DNA of 44,400 nucleotides from Actinomycetota bacterium (lineage in GTDB: Bacteria > Actinomycetota > Actinomycetes > S36-B12 > UBA5976): contig JAFMIT010000002.1 of the NCBI GenBank assembly GCA_017853815.1, positions 1 through 44,400 on the forward strand, in the 5' to 3' direction. Under the pieces are notes generated by a model. It saw nothing but the letters and a program-made list of their open reading frames with translations. It was not told the DNA's origin and searched no databases. The position numbers were made by a program, and so were the translations under genes. Positions 1 through 9,863 of the stretch are shown piece by piece. Position 1 is the first letter of the stretch. Every line of letters begins with the position of its first letter.

Positions 1-357
1 CACAGCACCTGCCTCGTCAGCAACTGCTATAGAGACGGCCCAATTCGGGGAGCCGTATAAATAGTTGATAGTTCCGTCGAGCGGATCGATAATCCAGGTG
101 TACCCGCTTGTTCCTTGAACGTTCGCGCCTTCTTCGCCCACAATGCTGTCATCGGGTCGTGCCGCGAGAATGGCTGACACAATCGCCCGTTCTGATGCGA
201 GGTCTCGCTCCGTCACAATGTCGGTCGGCGAGGTTTTTGTGGATGTTGAAACACTCGATGCGCGGGCGGGATCGGGACGGCCTTCCATCAATATTTCCCC
301 CGCCATGTGCGCAATGCTGCGCATCAGTTGGTTGAGTTCATGAATATTCACGGTCAT
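1..357 (-). CDS. Inositol monophosphatase (IMPase, SuhB/ImpA-like) family protein. Only the N-terminal 119 codons are present; the C-terminus lies beyond the window edge
   Basis: Minus-strand translation from the ATG at 355-357 gives MTVNIHELNQLMRSIAHMAGE...KTSPTDIVTERDLASERAI...YTWIIDPLDGTINYLYG. These are the IMPase-family metal-binding motifs. The ORF is absent from the track because it runs off the window. Confidence 0.8.
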   Translation of the reverse strand, partial: MTVNIHELNQLMRSIAHMAGEILMEGRPDPARASSVSTSTKTSPTDIVTERDLASERAIVSAILAARPDDSIVGEEGANVQGTSGYTWIIDPLDGTINYLYGSPNWAVSIAVADEAGAV

Positions 358-494
358 GATGGCCTCGCCTTGAGATGGAAAACGTCAGTGCACCCGCTAC
401 GGTAGCGAACCGCACATTTGTCTCGACTTCGTCGTGCGCGTCACGCTTGCAAAGTCGACATATCGTGAGACTATCCGCCCCCAAGGAGGGTGCA

Positions 495-1697
495 GTGAGC
501 GACCTACAGTTCGTAGCAATATCGGACGACGGCAAGATGATTATTTTGCAGACGCCGAACGGCGAGTGGATTGAAGTTCCATTCGACGCCTCACTAGTCG
601 CCCCTACCCGCATCCCGATGGAAGCACCCACACCGTCGACCGAACTCATCGAGCTTTCTCCTCGAGAGATTCAGGCACGAGTCCGATCCGGAATGTCGGT
701 GGATGAACTTGCACGGATGTCTGGTTCGACTGACGAACGCATCATGGCTTTCGCAGCGCCGATTTTGATGGAGCGTCAACATGTCGCTCTCCGCGCTGGT
801 CGCACCATCATTCGCCGAGCCAGTGGCGCAGGCCCGCTCTCGGATGTCATTGAGGCCCGACTCGACCCTCACGGCGTTACTCCTGCTGACGTCGAATGGG
901 ATTCCTTCCGTCGAGAAGACGGCCGCTGGACTGTGATTGTGAAGTACCCTTCAAAAGAGGGCGAACGCGAAGCGCACTGGCTGTTCGATGTTCGAAACAG
1001 CGCGCTAGTTCCGGCGGACGACGAGGCTCGATGGCTGGTTGGTGAAGTTCCTGCGGGTCGACAAACGAGTGCGCAGGCCGAAACTGTTGCGATGACCGTT
1101 CCGCACCTTGTTGCACTTCCGACACCGAAAGAACCTCATCTTCCTGAGATTCGGGAATCCCAGGTGATTAAGCGCGAAGTGCCACTGCAGTCAGTGCCGA
1201 CACAAAGCGCCCCTCCAACCCCGACACCAGCCGCACCACCGGTTGCGGTCACGCAGGTCGTCAGCATCGATCGGGCGCAGGCATTCGAGTCCGATACAGA
1301 CGACATTCAGGACTCGCTTTTCACTTCTGGAGTGACAGAAGTCGAGAATGAAGCTACCCCAATTGCGGATGAAACGCCGGTGGAATCTATGCATGAATAT
1401 CGCAGACACACACAGATTTTTGAACGTCCGACAGTGCCTCAGCCCGCATCGACGCAGCCAACCTTTGCTGACGTGACGGCTTGGGCCGACGATGAGGTTG
1501 AAGAAGTTCCGACCTTAGACGCTTCGATGGATCTAGGCGATGACACCGCAACGAATCTTCCGCCGATTCGCGACGTAGCTTTTGAGGAGCCGGCTCGACC
1601 AACTCCCGACACGACGGTCGAAGTGAAGAAGAGTCGCGCTCCGAGTTGGGATGAGATTCTTTTCGGATCACCTGAATCGAAAGACGATTCGTTCTAG
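495..1697 (+). CDS. sepH: SepH-like septation protein (DUF3071 family)
   Basis: The N-terminus LQFVAISDDGKMIILQ plus LSPREIQARVRSGMSVDELARMSG (HTH-like) matches DUF3071. A long Pro/Thr/Glu-rich linker follows, then the C-terminal KKSRAPSWDEILFG motif typical of SepH. I moved the start to GTG 495, 5 nt after AAGGAGG (483-489), instead of the ORF-track start at 375. Confidence 0.7.
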   Translation: MSDLQFVAISDDGKMIILQTPNGEWIEVPFDASLVAPTRIPMEAPTPSTELIELSPREIQARVRSGMSVDELARMSGSTDERIMAFAAPILMERQHVALRAGRTIIRRASGAGPLSDVIEARLDPHGVTPADVEWDSFRREDGRWTVIVKYPSKEGEREAHWLFDVRNSALVPADDEARWLVGEVPAGRQTSAQAETVAMTVPHLVALPTPKEPHLPEIRESQVIKREVPLQSVPTQSAPPTPTPAAPPVAVTQVVSIDRAQAFESDTDDIQDSLFTSGVTEVENEATPIADETPVESMHEYRRHTQIFERPTVPQPASTQPTFADVTAWADDEVEEVPTLDASMDLGDDTATNLPPIRDVAFEEPARPTPDTTVEVKKSRAPSWDEILFGSPESKDDSF

Positions 1698-1746
1698 CAA
1701 GCCTTGTCGGTCTAGCAAGCTTTGTCTTTCTAGCAAGCCTTGGCTT
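1693..1746. repeat. Three tandem 18-bp direct repeats (TCTAGCAAGCYTTGKCKK) filling the sepH/tdk convergent spacer
   Basis: Read directly: 1693-1710 tctagcaagccttgtcgg, 1711-1728 tctagcaagctttgtctt, 1729-1746 tctagcaagccttggctt. Unit 1 contains the sepH TAG stop (1695-1697). Confidence 0.9.
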
Positions 1747-2393
1747 TAGTCGATCTGCCCAAACGGTAAGGCGGCGTCGGCAGCAAAATAGTCATGCGAC
1801 AGTCTCGACGTGACTTGGCGCATGTGATGGCGACGGCACAAAACTTCGTAGGCGACGATGTCCTGATCGGTGTCGCCGACGACCACTTGCTCGCCTTCGA
1901 CCACCATTTGACCGTTAACAATGCGCGCTTGGTGAGTCGCTCTTTCACCGCACCAACACAGTGCTTCGACCTGAAGAACGTTGACACGGTCGGCTAGTTC
2001 AATCAGTCGTGCAGAGCCTGGGAAAAGCAAGGTTCGAAAATCGGTCAAGATGCCAAAAGTGAAGACGTCAATTTCCAAACTGTCGACGATGGTGGCTAAC
2101 TGGTCCACCTGATCTCGAGAGTAGAACTGCGCCTCGTCACAGATAAGGAAGTCAACCCGCTCGCCGTAGCCGACCCGGCGAAGAACCTCTGCGTGAAAAT
2201 CGGTCTCCGTCGTGACTTCGATGGCGGAGATGGCCATGCCGAGCCGAGACGAAATGGTGCCCTCGCCTGCGCGATCGTTACAGGTGAAAATCAATCCCTT
2301 GCGGCCGCGCGATTCATGGTTATGCGCCGTCTGCAACGCAAGAGTTGACTTACCACTGTCCATGGTTCCGCAAAAGAAAACTAATTCAGCCAC
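1746..2393 (-). CDS. tdk: Thymidine kinase
   Basis: MAELVFFCGTMDSGKST contains the P-loop. The C-terminal Zn-ribbon cysteines are present (EALCWCG...LCRRHH). The size of 215 aa is typical. The start codon is GTG. Confidence 0.93.
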   Translation of the reverse strand: MAELVFFCGTMDSGKSTLALQTAHNHESRGRKGLIFTCNDRAGEGTISSRLGMAISAIEVTTETDFHAEVLRRVGYGERVDFLICDEAQFYSRDQVDQLATIVDSLEIDVFTFGILTDFRTLLFPGSARLIELADRVNVLQVEALCWCGERATHQARIVNGQMVVEGEQVVVGDTDQDIVAYEVLCRRHHMRQVTSRLSHDYFAADAALPFGQID

Positions 2394-2397
2394 TCGC

Positions 2398-3477
2398 CTA
2401 TCCTGCCATTACCGCAAACGGGATAAGTCGTTCGACATCACTTGTACCGCCGTGGTTGCCCACCAGTTGAGAAACCCGCTCATCGACAGTGCGAGAGGCA
2501 AGTGAATTATTGCCGCGCGCGATTGCCACGACATCGCCAATGCGTCCAGCGAATTGTGAATTCCATGAACCAAGCAATCCAGATGCAATGAATTCATCCC
2601 GGGAATAGACGTCTGTGACATCCGACAGTGCGGTGAGCCAGGCTCTGTGCAAAGCCGAGGCGTTTCCTGCTTGCGCAAAAACATGTCTCATGCGCGGCTC
2701 GCCAGTGATAAAGCGAACATCACGCATCAGTTGAGGCACGTCTTCAATCCACACCCGATTCTCAATGTCGAGCATTCCGTGATCTGCAGTGACGACGAGA
2801 GTTTGATGCGAACCGAGCGAGTCACGTATCTCTTCGATCGCCAAAAGCACGCGATGCAGCTCCTCACGCCACTCCTGCGAGTTGACTCCAAAGACGTGTC
2901 CGAGCTTGTCCAACGTCGGGTAGTAGGCGTAGATCAAATGCGGCGGGCTAACCTTTAATGAAACGGCAATGTTGGTGACCAACTCTGTTAGCGAATCTGC
3001 CGCGACATGCACCCCACCACGAAGCGCCGCGCGAGTGAGCCCCGACTGCGCATAGGCCGCTGGCCCAATTCGAGTGACCGCGCAACCTGCCGCGGCAGCT
3101 TTTTCAAACCATGTTTCGTGAGGTTGCACCATTTCTGGCGCAGGGGTCTCCTGCCATTTCAAAGGTTGCAGAAACTCCTCGAATTCTGGCAGCAAAAACG
3201 TTGCACCGACGAATCCGTGCTGACCCGGCGCAAGCCCTGTGCCGAAACTGGCTAGTGACACTGGTGTTGTCGACGGGAACGTAGACGAAATCGCTGGCTG
3301 CTGTAGCAGCCATGATCCATCTATGTCCCAGTGAGCAGCGTTGGCGACATTGAGGGCACCCAATCCGTCGATCAGCAACACCACAACGGCATTCGACTGA
3401 GGGATTCGATCCTTTGCGGTGCCGACTAAGGCATCAAATGCAATGGGCAGAACGTGTGAAAGATCGAGAGTGGTCAT
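2398..3477 (-). CDS. Alkaline-phosphatase superfamily protein (nucleotide pyrophosphatase/phosphodiesterase-like)
   Basis: Metal-site motifs LLIDGLG, VVTADHGM and GNHGGTS are present. It lies 4 nt upstream of tdk on the same strand. Confidence 0.7.
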   Translation of the reverse strand: MTTLDLSHVLPIAFDALVGTAKDRIPQSNAVVVLLIDGLGALNVANAAHWDIDGSWLLQQPAISSTFPSTTPVSLASFGTGLAPGQHGFVGATFLLPEFEEFLQPLKWQETPAPEMVQPHETWFEKAAAAGCAVTRIGPAAYAQSGLTRAALRGGVHVAADSLTELVTNIAVSLKVSPPHLIYAYYPTLDKLGHVFGVNSQEWREELHRVLLAIEEIRDSLGSHQTLVVTADHGMLDIENRVWIEDVPQLMRDVRFITGEPRMRHVFAQAGNASALHRAWLTALSDVTDVYSRDEFIASGLLGSWNSQFAGRIGDVVAIARGNNSLASRTVDERVSQLVGNHGGTSDVERLIPFAVMAG

Positions 3478-3492
3478 GGCAATAGCCAGGTT

Positions 3493-4071
3493 TCAGTTGC
3501 GCTGCATTGAGGTCACCTGAGACAACATGCCTGCGAAATCCCAGGCTTGCTCGACATTGGCTCGCCCGTCTGCGGCTAACGAGACTCGGATTTGCAGGTC
3601 GTCATTGCTCGTCGTGCCCGCAAAACCATGTTCGGCTTCGCATTGCGGGTCATCACAACTAGCCGGACCGAGGTCAATGCGGTTGACCGCTCCCCAACCG
3701 ATGGTGATGACGACTTCTTGAATCTGGCTGCGACTCGATCCGAACTCTGCTGGCTCACTCACTACCCGCTGCACAACTACCGATGCGATCGAGCTGAGCT
3801 GAACGGCCTCGGTCGAGGTGACTGCACCGGTGTAGTCGCGGCCAGAATCTGGTCCCGCCTCATCTGTGTGGCTCACGATAAGGCGAGAGGGCGTGAGAGC
3901 GACCACGGTTAAATGTCGATGCAATTTGTCATGGTCGAACGTTGTTTCATGCTGCAAGACAAACGATTTGGTCTCTTCGCCAGCTAAAGCCACCGAGATA
4001 GCGTCGGTCACCAGCGCTGGGTAGTAGCCAGTCGTAATGATGGCTTGGTGTAATTCGGGAAACTTCGTCAC
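3493..4071 (-). CDS. Conserved actinobacterial hypothetical protein (possibly DUF5998-like)
   Basis: A 192-aa ORF with a GTG start, packed between the GNAT and AlkP genes on the same strand. I recall this protein type sitting next to AlkP-family genes in Actinobacteria. I recognise no catalytic motif. Confidence 0.5.
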   Translation of the reverse strand: MTKFPELHQAIITTGYYPALVTDAISVALAGEETKSFVLQHETTFDHDKLHRHLTVVALTPSRLIVSHTDEAGPDSGRDYTGAVTSTEAVQLSSIASVVVQRVVSEPAEFGSSRSQIQEVVITIGWGAVNRIDLGPASCDDPQCEAEHGFAGTTSNDDLQIRVSLAADGRANVEQAWDFAGMLSQVTSMQRN

Positions 4072-4091
4072 ACCGCAATCATCGCAGACGG

Positions 4092-4610
4092 CTACTCAAA
4101 CGTATCGAGGCTGACGCTCATATGCATCACACCGTCTCCAACCGCACTTTCAGTCACAGTACCGAAAACCTCGAAAAGCCTGCGCATCGCGCGATTTTGA
4201 GGCAGCATCTCCGCATAAAAGCTTTGGATGCCGTGTGCGACAGCTTGCTCGGCTAGAAGCGAAAACAGCACGGAGCCCAGCCCTTGAGCCTGGTACTCGT
4301 CCGCGACCACAAACGCGACTTCCGCCGTGGAGTTTTCGGCCGCATCCCATCTTCCGACCCCAATGATGCGATCCTCGAGCACGGCAACGTACGCCTCTCG
4401 GGTGACATGGTCCACGTGAGTGAAGCGCTCAATCTCGGCGGGCGTTAGATGGGGGTGGGCAGCAAAAAACCGAAAGTAGATCGTGCGATCAGACAGGCGC
4501 TCATGAAACTGGACAAGTCGGATTGCGTCGCCTGGGCCTATCGGTCGCAGCGTTACGGATTCACCCGACCTTAAAGTGACAGGCACCCGACGACCATGTT
4601 GATCTGACAC
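4092..4610 (-). CDS. GNAT family N-acetyltransferase
   Basis: LRPIGPGDAIRLVQFHERLS...AFVVADEYQAQGLGSVLFSLLAE is the acetyl-CoA binding Q/RxxGxG/A motif. I moved the start to GTG 4610 (VSDQHGRR). TACGGT lies 6 nt upstream, and the longer ORF to 4697 would overlap the divergent psuG start. Confidence 0.75.
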   Translation of the reverse strand: MSDQHGRRVPVTLRSGESVTLRPIGPGDAIRLVQFHERLSDRTIYFRFFAAHPHLTPAEIERFTHVDHVTREAYVAVLEDRIIGVGRWDAAENSTAEVAFVVADEYQAQGLGSVLFSLLAEQAVAHGIQSFYAEMLPQNRAMRRLFEVFGTVTESAVGDGVMHMSVSLDTFE

Positions 4611-4616
4611 ACCCAC

Positions 4617-4622
4617 ACCGTA
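4617..4622 (-). promoter_or_regulatory. Putative -10 element TACGGT, 6 nt upstream of the GNAT GTG (leaderless arrangement)
   Basis: Plus strand accgta. No Shine-Dalgarno sequence is possible in the 6-nt gap. Confidence 0.4.
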
Positions 4623-4644
4623 CACACCTTCTTCGAGGCGGGAG

Positions 4645-4650
4645 TAGCGT
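4645..4650 (+). promoter_or_regulatory. Putative -10 element TAGCGT, 8 nt upstream of the psuG GTG
   Basis: tagcgt-tcccccac-GTG. The spacing is slightly longer than in the other examples, so this one is weaker. Confidence 0.3.
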
Positions 4651-4658
4651 TCCCCCAC

Positions 4659-5561
4659 GTGAAAACACCTCTCCAGATGACCAAAGAAGTCGCCCAAGCG
4701 CTAGCTGACAATCGACCTGTTGTCGCTCTCGAATCCACCATCATCAGTCATGGACTCCCGCGGCCGCGGAATTTTGAAGTGGCTCTTGAGATTGAGGATG
4801 CTGTGCGTCGCGCTGGCGCGACTCCCGCAACAATTGCTGTGGTCGACGGTGTCGCAAACGTTGGTCTCGAAGAGAAACAGCTCGACACGATCGCGAACGA
4901 CAACTCCGTCGTCAAAGTCAGCATCCGAGATCTCGGCATTGTGGCAGCACGGCGAGGCCACGGCGCCACCACTGTCGCTGCCACCGCGCACATCGCAGCG
5001 CTTGCCGGTATTCGCGTGTTTGCGACGGGTGGACTTGGCGGTGTGCATCGCGATGCGAACTCCACCTTCGACGAATCTGCGGACCTGCCTGCTCTCAGTT
5101 CGCTCCCCGTTACGGTTGTCTGCGCGGGCGTGAAGTCGATTTTGGATGTGAGTGCCACGCTAGAGCGACTCGAGACTCTGAGCATTCCAGTCGTGAGCGT
5201 CGGAACAAACAAGTTCCCAGGCTTCTACCTCACCGACTCGGGCTACACCCTTGATTGGAAAGTGGATACGGCCGCCGAGGTTGCTGAAATCATGCGACAA
5301 CGAGCTGCGTACCAAACGAAAGGCGGCATGGTGGTCGCCAATCCGCTCCCACAAGACGAGCAACTTGACCCCGTTTTGCATGAACGGCTCCTCACCGAAG
5401 GTCTGCGTGCCGCTCACCTGCGCGGTATTCGCGGCAAAGATGTCACGCCATTTCTACTGGACTTCTTCCATCGCGAATCTCAAGGGAAGAGCCTTGATGT
5501 CAACGTCACCGTAGTGTTGAACAACGCTGTGTTTGCTGCAGCGATTGCCGCAGCGTTGTAA
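4659..5561 (+). CDS. psuG: Pseudouridine-5'-phosphate glycosidase
   Basis: RPVVALESTIISHGLPRPRN...ATPATIAVVDG...VFATGGLGGVHR matches the PsuG/YeiN family. The start is either GTG 4659 or ATG 4677. Confidence 0.9.
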   Translation: MKTPLQMTKEVAQALADNRPVVALESTIISHGLPRPRNFEVALEIEDAVRRAGATPATIAVVDGVANVGLEEKQLDTIANDNSVVKVSIRDLGIVAARRGHGATTVAATAHIAALAGIRVFATGGLGGVHRDANSTFDESADLPALSSLPVTVVCAGVKSILDVSATLERLETLSIPVVSVGTNKFPGFYLTDSGYTLDWKVDTAAEVAEIMRQRAAYQTKGGMVVANPLPQDEQLDPVLHERLLTEGLRAAHLRGIRGKDVTPFLLDFFHRESQGKSLDVNVTVVLNNAVFAAAIAAAL

Positions 5562-5563
5562 AG

Positions 5564-6454
5564 ATGCCTTCAACCGTACTGATCGTCGGCGATGTGATGG
5601 TCGACATTGTCGTCAACATGCCTGGCGAAATGATTCGCGGTTCCGACATGCCAAGCGAAATTTCGACGACGTTTGGTGGCACCGCAGCAAACGTGGCGAC
5701 GTGGATTGCCAAAGCGGGCGGCTCCTGCAGAATTCTTGGGATTATTGGGAAAGACACGTGGGGGCAGGATTTTCGAGAGCACCTGCAGAGCTTTGGAATC
5801 GAAGCGCATCTGACAGAATCTGCCACTCAACCGACAGGCGTTGTGGTAGCCCTCTGTCATCCTGACGGGGAGCGAAGTTTCTTCCCTGATGCACGTGCCA
5901 ACAGCGACTTGGCGACCGCCCCGGTGTCGGAACACGCGTGGAGTGACGTGAGCCATCTGTACATGTCGGGTTACACCTTGCTTAATCCCCTCACTCGCGC
6001 CTGGGCCGTTGAGCTGATGCGTACCGCCAACTCTCGCCAAGTCACGGTGGTGCTTGATCCAGCTTCGTCAGGGCCGCTCGCAGCACTGCCAGCCTCTGAA
6101 CTCAAGCAATGGCTCGCCGCCGCAGACGTGCTGCTTCCAAACGATCAAGAGTCCGAGGTTTTGCGCTCAAAAATTGAGCGATCCGATTGGGGAGTTGCAC
6201 ACGTCGTAACAAAACACGGAGCCAAGGGCGCGACTGTTGAATCAGCAGACTCTTGCATCGAGCTTGACGCACCAACTCTTCAGATTATTGACACGATCGG
6301 GGCTGGGGATGCGTTTGCTGCGGGACTTCTGACTGGGCTGGCCGACGGCCAGGGCCTCGCGGACGCTGCCGCTTTAGCAATCAAAGTTGCTTCCGCCGCG
6401 GTGCAGATTCGCGGAGCTCAGCCCGCTCTTTCAAGTACCCTAGAACTCAGTTAA
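5564..6454 (+). CDS. psuK: PfkB-family carbohydrate kinase, probable pseudouridine kinase
   Basis: The N-terminal [14 protein letters not shown] and C-terminal [14 protein letters not shown] motifs are PfkB signatures. The gene starts 2 nt after the psuG stop. Confidence 0.72.
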   Translation: MPSTVLIVGDVMVDIVVNMPGEMIRGSDMPSEISTTFGGTAANVATWIAKAGGSCRILGIIGKDTWGQDFREHLQSFGIEAHLTESATQPTGVVVALCHPDGERSFFPDARANSDLATAPVSEHAWSDVSHLYMSGYTLLNPLTRAWAVELMRTANSRQVTVVLDPASSGPLAALPASELKQWLAAADVLLPNDQESEVLRSKIERSDWGVAHVVTKHGAKGATVESADSCIELDAPTLQIIDTIGAGDAFAAGLLTGLADGQGLADAAALAIKVASAAVQIRGAQPALSSTLELS

Positions 6455-6470
6455 CCCAAGGAGTTTTTTC

Positions 6471-8891
6471 ATGGCCCGCAGGCCTGTCGATGAGCAGCCG
6501 TTTGACGAAAAGATTGTCGACATCGATGTCGCTGCCGAGATGCAGGGGTCATTTCTTGAGTACGCCTACTCCGTTATTTACTCCAGGGCGCTGCCCGATG
6601 CACGTGACGGCCTGAAGCCCGTCCAACGCCGAATTTTGTACACCATGGCACAAATGGGACTCAGACCCGACCGCGGCCATGTGAAATCAGCACGCGTAGT
6701 CGGCGAAGTCATGGGCAGGCTGCATCCACACGGCGATGGCGCTATCTACGACGCGATGGTGCGCATGGCTCAGGCCTTTTCTTTGCGCTTGCCACTCATC
6801 GATGGCCACGGCAACTTCGGCTCGCTCGATGATGGACCAGCCGCATACCGCTATACCGAAGCGAGGCTCGCCCCTTCGGCCCTCAAGATGACCGAATCTC
6901 TCGACGAAGACGTCGTTGATTTCTCTCCCAACTACGACGGGCGCGAACAAGAACCAGAAGTTCTTCCTGCAGCCATTCCTGCACTGCTCGTCAACGGCGC
7001 CTCGGGCATCGCTGTCGGCATGGCCACCAATTTGCCTCCACACAACCTTGGCGAGGTCGTCGCTGCCTGCCGCTACCTGCTGAAAAATCCCCGGGCAACA
7101 GTCGCAGATTTGATGAAATTCTTGCCCGGTCCAGATTTGCCGACCGGTGGTGTGATTCTCGGTCTCGACGGTATTCGCGACGCCTATGTTGACGGTCGTG
7201 GCAGTTTCAAAATGCGAGCCACTGTCTCTGTCGAAAACGTAACAGCCCGACGCCAAGCACTCGTCGTAACGGAACTCCCCTACAACGTGGGACCCGAAAA
7301 GCTCATCGAGAAAATCAAAGACGGTGTCACCGCTAAGCGCATCACCGGAATCTCGGACATCATCGATCTCTCCGACGGCGATCGTGGCCTTCGAATCGTC
7401 ATCGAATTAAAGTCCGGCTTCAACCCACAAGCAGTGCTACAGCAGCTGTACAAGCTCACCCCGCTTGAAGATCAGTTCTCAATCAACGCAGTTGCGTTGG
7501 TGGATGGCGCTCCCCAAACCCTCGGCCTCATTGATCTCCTGTCAGTCTTTCTCAAGCATCGCATTGAAGTAGTTCGACGTCGTACTCAATTCCGTCGCAC
7601 CAAAGCTCAAGATCGTCTTCATCTCGTCGCTGGTCTGCTCATTGCGATTATCGACATCGATGAAGTGATTCAAGTCATTCGTTCGAGCGAAGATACGGCT
7701 GAAGCGCGCGAGCGTCTCATGAGCGTTTTCGATTTGAGCGAGATCCAGACCAATTACATTCTCGAGATGCCACTGCGACGGCTCACAAAGTTCTCGCGAA
7801 TCGAACTTGAGCGTGAAAGTGAACAACTCGCAGCCGAGATTGCGGAACTCACTAGATTGCTCGAAGAACCAAAAGCTATCGAGGGATTGATATCTGATGA
7901 ACTTGCAGATATTGCTCGCGAATTCGGGACGCCGCGTCGAACTGTCTTGCAAGAATCTGAGGGAATCACTGTTTCGGCTGATCTTGAACTGTCTGACGAT
8001 CCCTGTGTTGTCATGCTGAGTTCAAGCGGCTTACTCGCCCGCTTCCCCGAGGCCACACCAGCAAATCTCGGCACTCGCACCAAACACGATGTGGTCACGT
8101 CCATGACTTCAACGTCAGTTCGCAGCACAATCGGTGTGGTTACCTCCTTTGGCCGCGTGCACCGTATTCCTGTCGTTGATATTCCGTCATTGGCAGCGAA
8201 CGAAACTGCGATGAGCTTGAAAGGTGGTGGCGCACTTAAGGAGTACGCGCTTCTCGACAAGAAAGAGCTGCCACTCGCCTTAATCCCTCTCACGGAAGGC
8301 TCAGTCATCGCGCTAGGAACCCAACGTGGCGTCGTGAAGCGCACTACTCTCGATGTACCGAAGAACGACGCTTTTGAGATCATTCGACTCGAAGATGGAG
8401 ACAGCGTTATTGGTGCGGGCGTCACGACCTCTGATGAGCAGTATTTGGTGTTCGTCACCGACGATGCACAACTGCTTCATTTCTCGAGCGCACTGGTTCG
8501 ACCACAAGGGCGAGCAGCGGGAGGTATGGCTGGAATTAGTCTGAGCGCCGGCGCGAACGCTTTAAGTTTCTTTGTCACCACTCGCGACGCAGACTTGCTG
8601 ACGGTGGCCGGCAGCAGCACCGCCTTACCGGGCACGGACCCAGGTACCTTCAAGGTGACCGCGCTAGCTGACTATCCCACCAAAGGTCGTGCCACTGGCG
8701 GGGTTCGATGCCACACATTTCGCAAAAATGAGAACACGTTGCTTCTCGCCGCTGTCGGCAAAAAGCCGCTGCGTGCCGCGGCCGCAGGCGGTGCACCTGC
8801 CGAGCTGGAATTCGAATATTCCAAGCGTGATGCAACTGGAACGCCGTTGACGAGCAACATTACGGCCGTAGCGGGGAGAATGAGCGTATGA
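6471..8891 (+). CDS. parC: Type IIA topoisomerase subunit A (topoisomerase IV ParC-like)
   Basis: [24 protein letters not shown] is present, as is the active-site [10 protein letters not shown], and a C-terminal beta-pinwheel region follows. AAGGAG lies 8 nt upstream of the ATG. This is a second topo II pair located near the principal sigma gene, as in Streptomyces. Confidence 0.85.
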   Translation: MARRPVDEQPFDEKIVDIDVAAEMQGSFLEYAYSVIYSRALPDARDGLKPVQRRILYTMAQMGLRPDRGHVKSARVVGEVMGRLHPHGDGAIYDAMVRMAQAFSLRLPLIDGHGNFGSLDDGPAAYRYTEARLAPSALKMTESLDEDVVDFSPNYDGREQEPEVLPAAIPALLVNGASGIAVGMATNLPPHNLGEVVAACRYLLKNPRATVADLMKFLPGPDLPTGGVILGLDGIRDAYVDGRGSFKMRATVSVENVTARRQALVVTELPYNVGPEKLIEKIKDGVTAKRITGISDIIDLSDGDRGLRIVIELKSGFNPQAVLQQLYKLTPLEDQFSINAVALVDGAPQTLGLIDLLSVFLKHRIEVVRRRTQFRRTKAQDRLHLVAGLLIAIIDIDEVIQVIRSSEDTAEARERLMSVFDLSEIQTNYILEMPLRRLTKFSRIELERESEQLAAEIAELTRLLEEPKAIEGLISDELADIAREFGTPRRTVLQESEGITVSADLELSDDPCVVMLSSSGLLARFPEATPANLGTRTKHDVVTSMTSTSVRSTIGVVTSFGRVHRIPVVDIPSLAANETAMSLKGGGALKEYALLDKKELPLALIPLTEGSVIALGTQRGVVKRTTLDVPKNDAFEIIRLEDGDSVIGAGVTTSDEQYLVFVTDDAQLLHFSSALVRPQGRAAGGMAGISLSAGANALSFFVTTRDADLLTVAGSSTALPGTDPGTFKVTALADYPTKGRATGGVRCHTFRKNENTLLLAAVGKKPLRAAAAGGAPAELEFEYSKRDATGTPLTSNITAVAGRMSV

Positions 8892-9841
8892 CAGAGCCTT
8901 ACTGCAGTGACATTGCAGCCACTGAATCGATGATTGGCACGGCACCCTACAAACGTGTGTGGTTCATCATCGAACAGCCGGGCGCGTGGGGCGCAGATGC
9001 TTTGCTCGAAAGTGACTTGCCGCCTGGTTTTGGTGCCGACCTCAAAGCTCTCCTCGGCGACTCAGAAGTGGGTCTTGCCATCGCTCGTCGGCCCGATGTC
9101 GCCTCGGTAGAACGCCGCACCACTCGCCGACGCCGTCTCTGGCTGGCACACACTTCTCCGGGTGGCGTTCGTATGCGCGCTGGTTCTCTCGATGACATCC
9201 GAGATGTTTTGAAATGGGACTGGGCAGCCATTCTTCGAGGTGAGCTGCCACCAGTAGGTCGACGCAGTGCAGACCCTGTGCTGTTTGTGTGCACCAACGG
9301 GAAAAAGGATCTTTGCTGCGCACTCAAGGCTCGTGAAATCGTGGACAGCTTGCGCCCGGACCCAGAACTGACAGGTCAGGTTTACGAGGTCTCTCACCTC
9401 ACTGGTCACCGATTCGCACCGACTGCGCTATTGCTTCCCTGGGGTCAGATGTATGGTCGCTTGAGCCTCGAGGACACTAAGCAACTGCTGACTAGTGCAT
9501 GGTCAAATTCCGTAGTGCCTTCTCATCTGCGCGGCCGAACGTCGCTGCCAGGTTGGGCGCAGGCCGCTGAGGTTGCCGTCCGCCAAAACGCTTCAATCAC
9601 GGCCGCTGATGCGCTTGATGTCGTTAGCATTCGTAATGGTCGGCCTGTGGCAACAAGTGTGATGCCAGCGTTTGAGTCAACAGCCGAAGTTCAGGTCCGC
9701 CACCAGGATGGTCGTACGTGGAGAGTTGGCGTCTCAGCCCAAGAGTTGCAGCCACGCAAGGTGTCCTGCAAAGGTGAGGCCGAAGCGGGACTGACCTGGA
9801 ATGCCGACAGCGTGACTGAAGTCGAGCGCTGGTACTCCTAG
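8888..9841 (+). CDS. Sucrase/ferredoxin-like (thioredoxin-like [2Fe-2S] fold) family protein
   Basis: [20 protein letters not shown]...[15 protein letters not shown]...YGRL matches the family pattern CxxGxxDxCC...SHxGGHxFA. Its ATG overlaps the parC TGA (ATGA). Confidence 0.7.
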   Translation: MTEPYCSDIAATESMIGTAPYKRVWFIIEQPGAWGADALLESDLPPGFGADLKALLGDSEVGLAIARRPDVASVERRTTRRRRLWLAHTSPGGVRMRAGSLDDIRDVLKWDWAAILRGELPPVGRRSADPVLFVCTNGKKDLCCALKAREIVDSLRPDPELTGQVYEVSHLTGHRFAPTALLLPWGQMYGRLSLEDTKQLLTSAWSNSVVPSHLRGRTSLPGWAQAAEVAVRQNASITAADALDVVSIRNGRPVATSVMPAFESTAEVQVRHQDGRTWRVGVSAQELQPRKVSCKGEAEAGLTWNADSVTEVERWYS

Positions 9842-9863
9842 GCTTGGACAGATCTGCCAGCAG

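Noticed and set aside
2031-2038. A tRNA T-arm-like GGTTCGAA string (also AGTTCGAATC at 19521-19530)
   Set aside because: Both lie inside well-supported CDS (tdk and the VOC gene) and lack flanking acceptor or anticodon stem complementarity.
4611-4697. A longer GNAT ORF starting at 4697
   Set aside because: It would overlap the divergent psuG start. The extra 29 aa have no GNAT similarity, and GTG 4610 has a TACGGT box 6 nt upstream.
7754-8458. A 234-aa minus-strand ORF inside parC
   Set aside because: It is a shadow ORF opposite a clearly homologous topoisomerase subunit. The translation is Ser/Arg-rich, typical of antisense frames in GC-rich coding DNA.
9842-9863. The palindrome CAGATCTG between the convergent sucrase/ferredoxin-like and reductase genes, considered as a terminator
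   Set aside because: The stem would be only 2-3 bp once a loop is allowed, and there is no U-tract.
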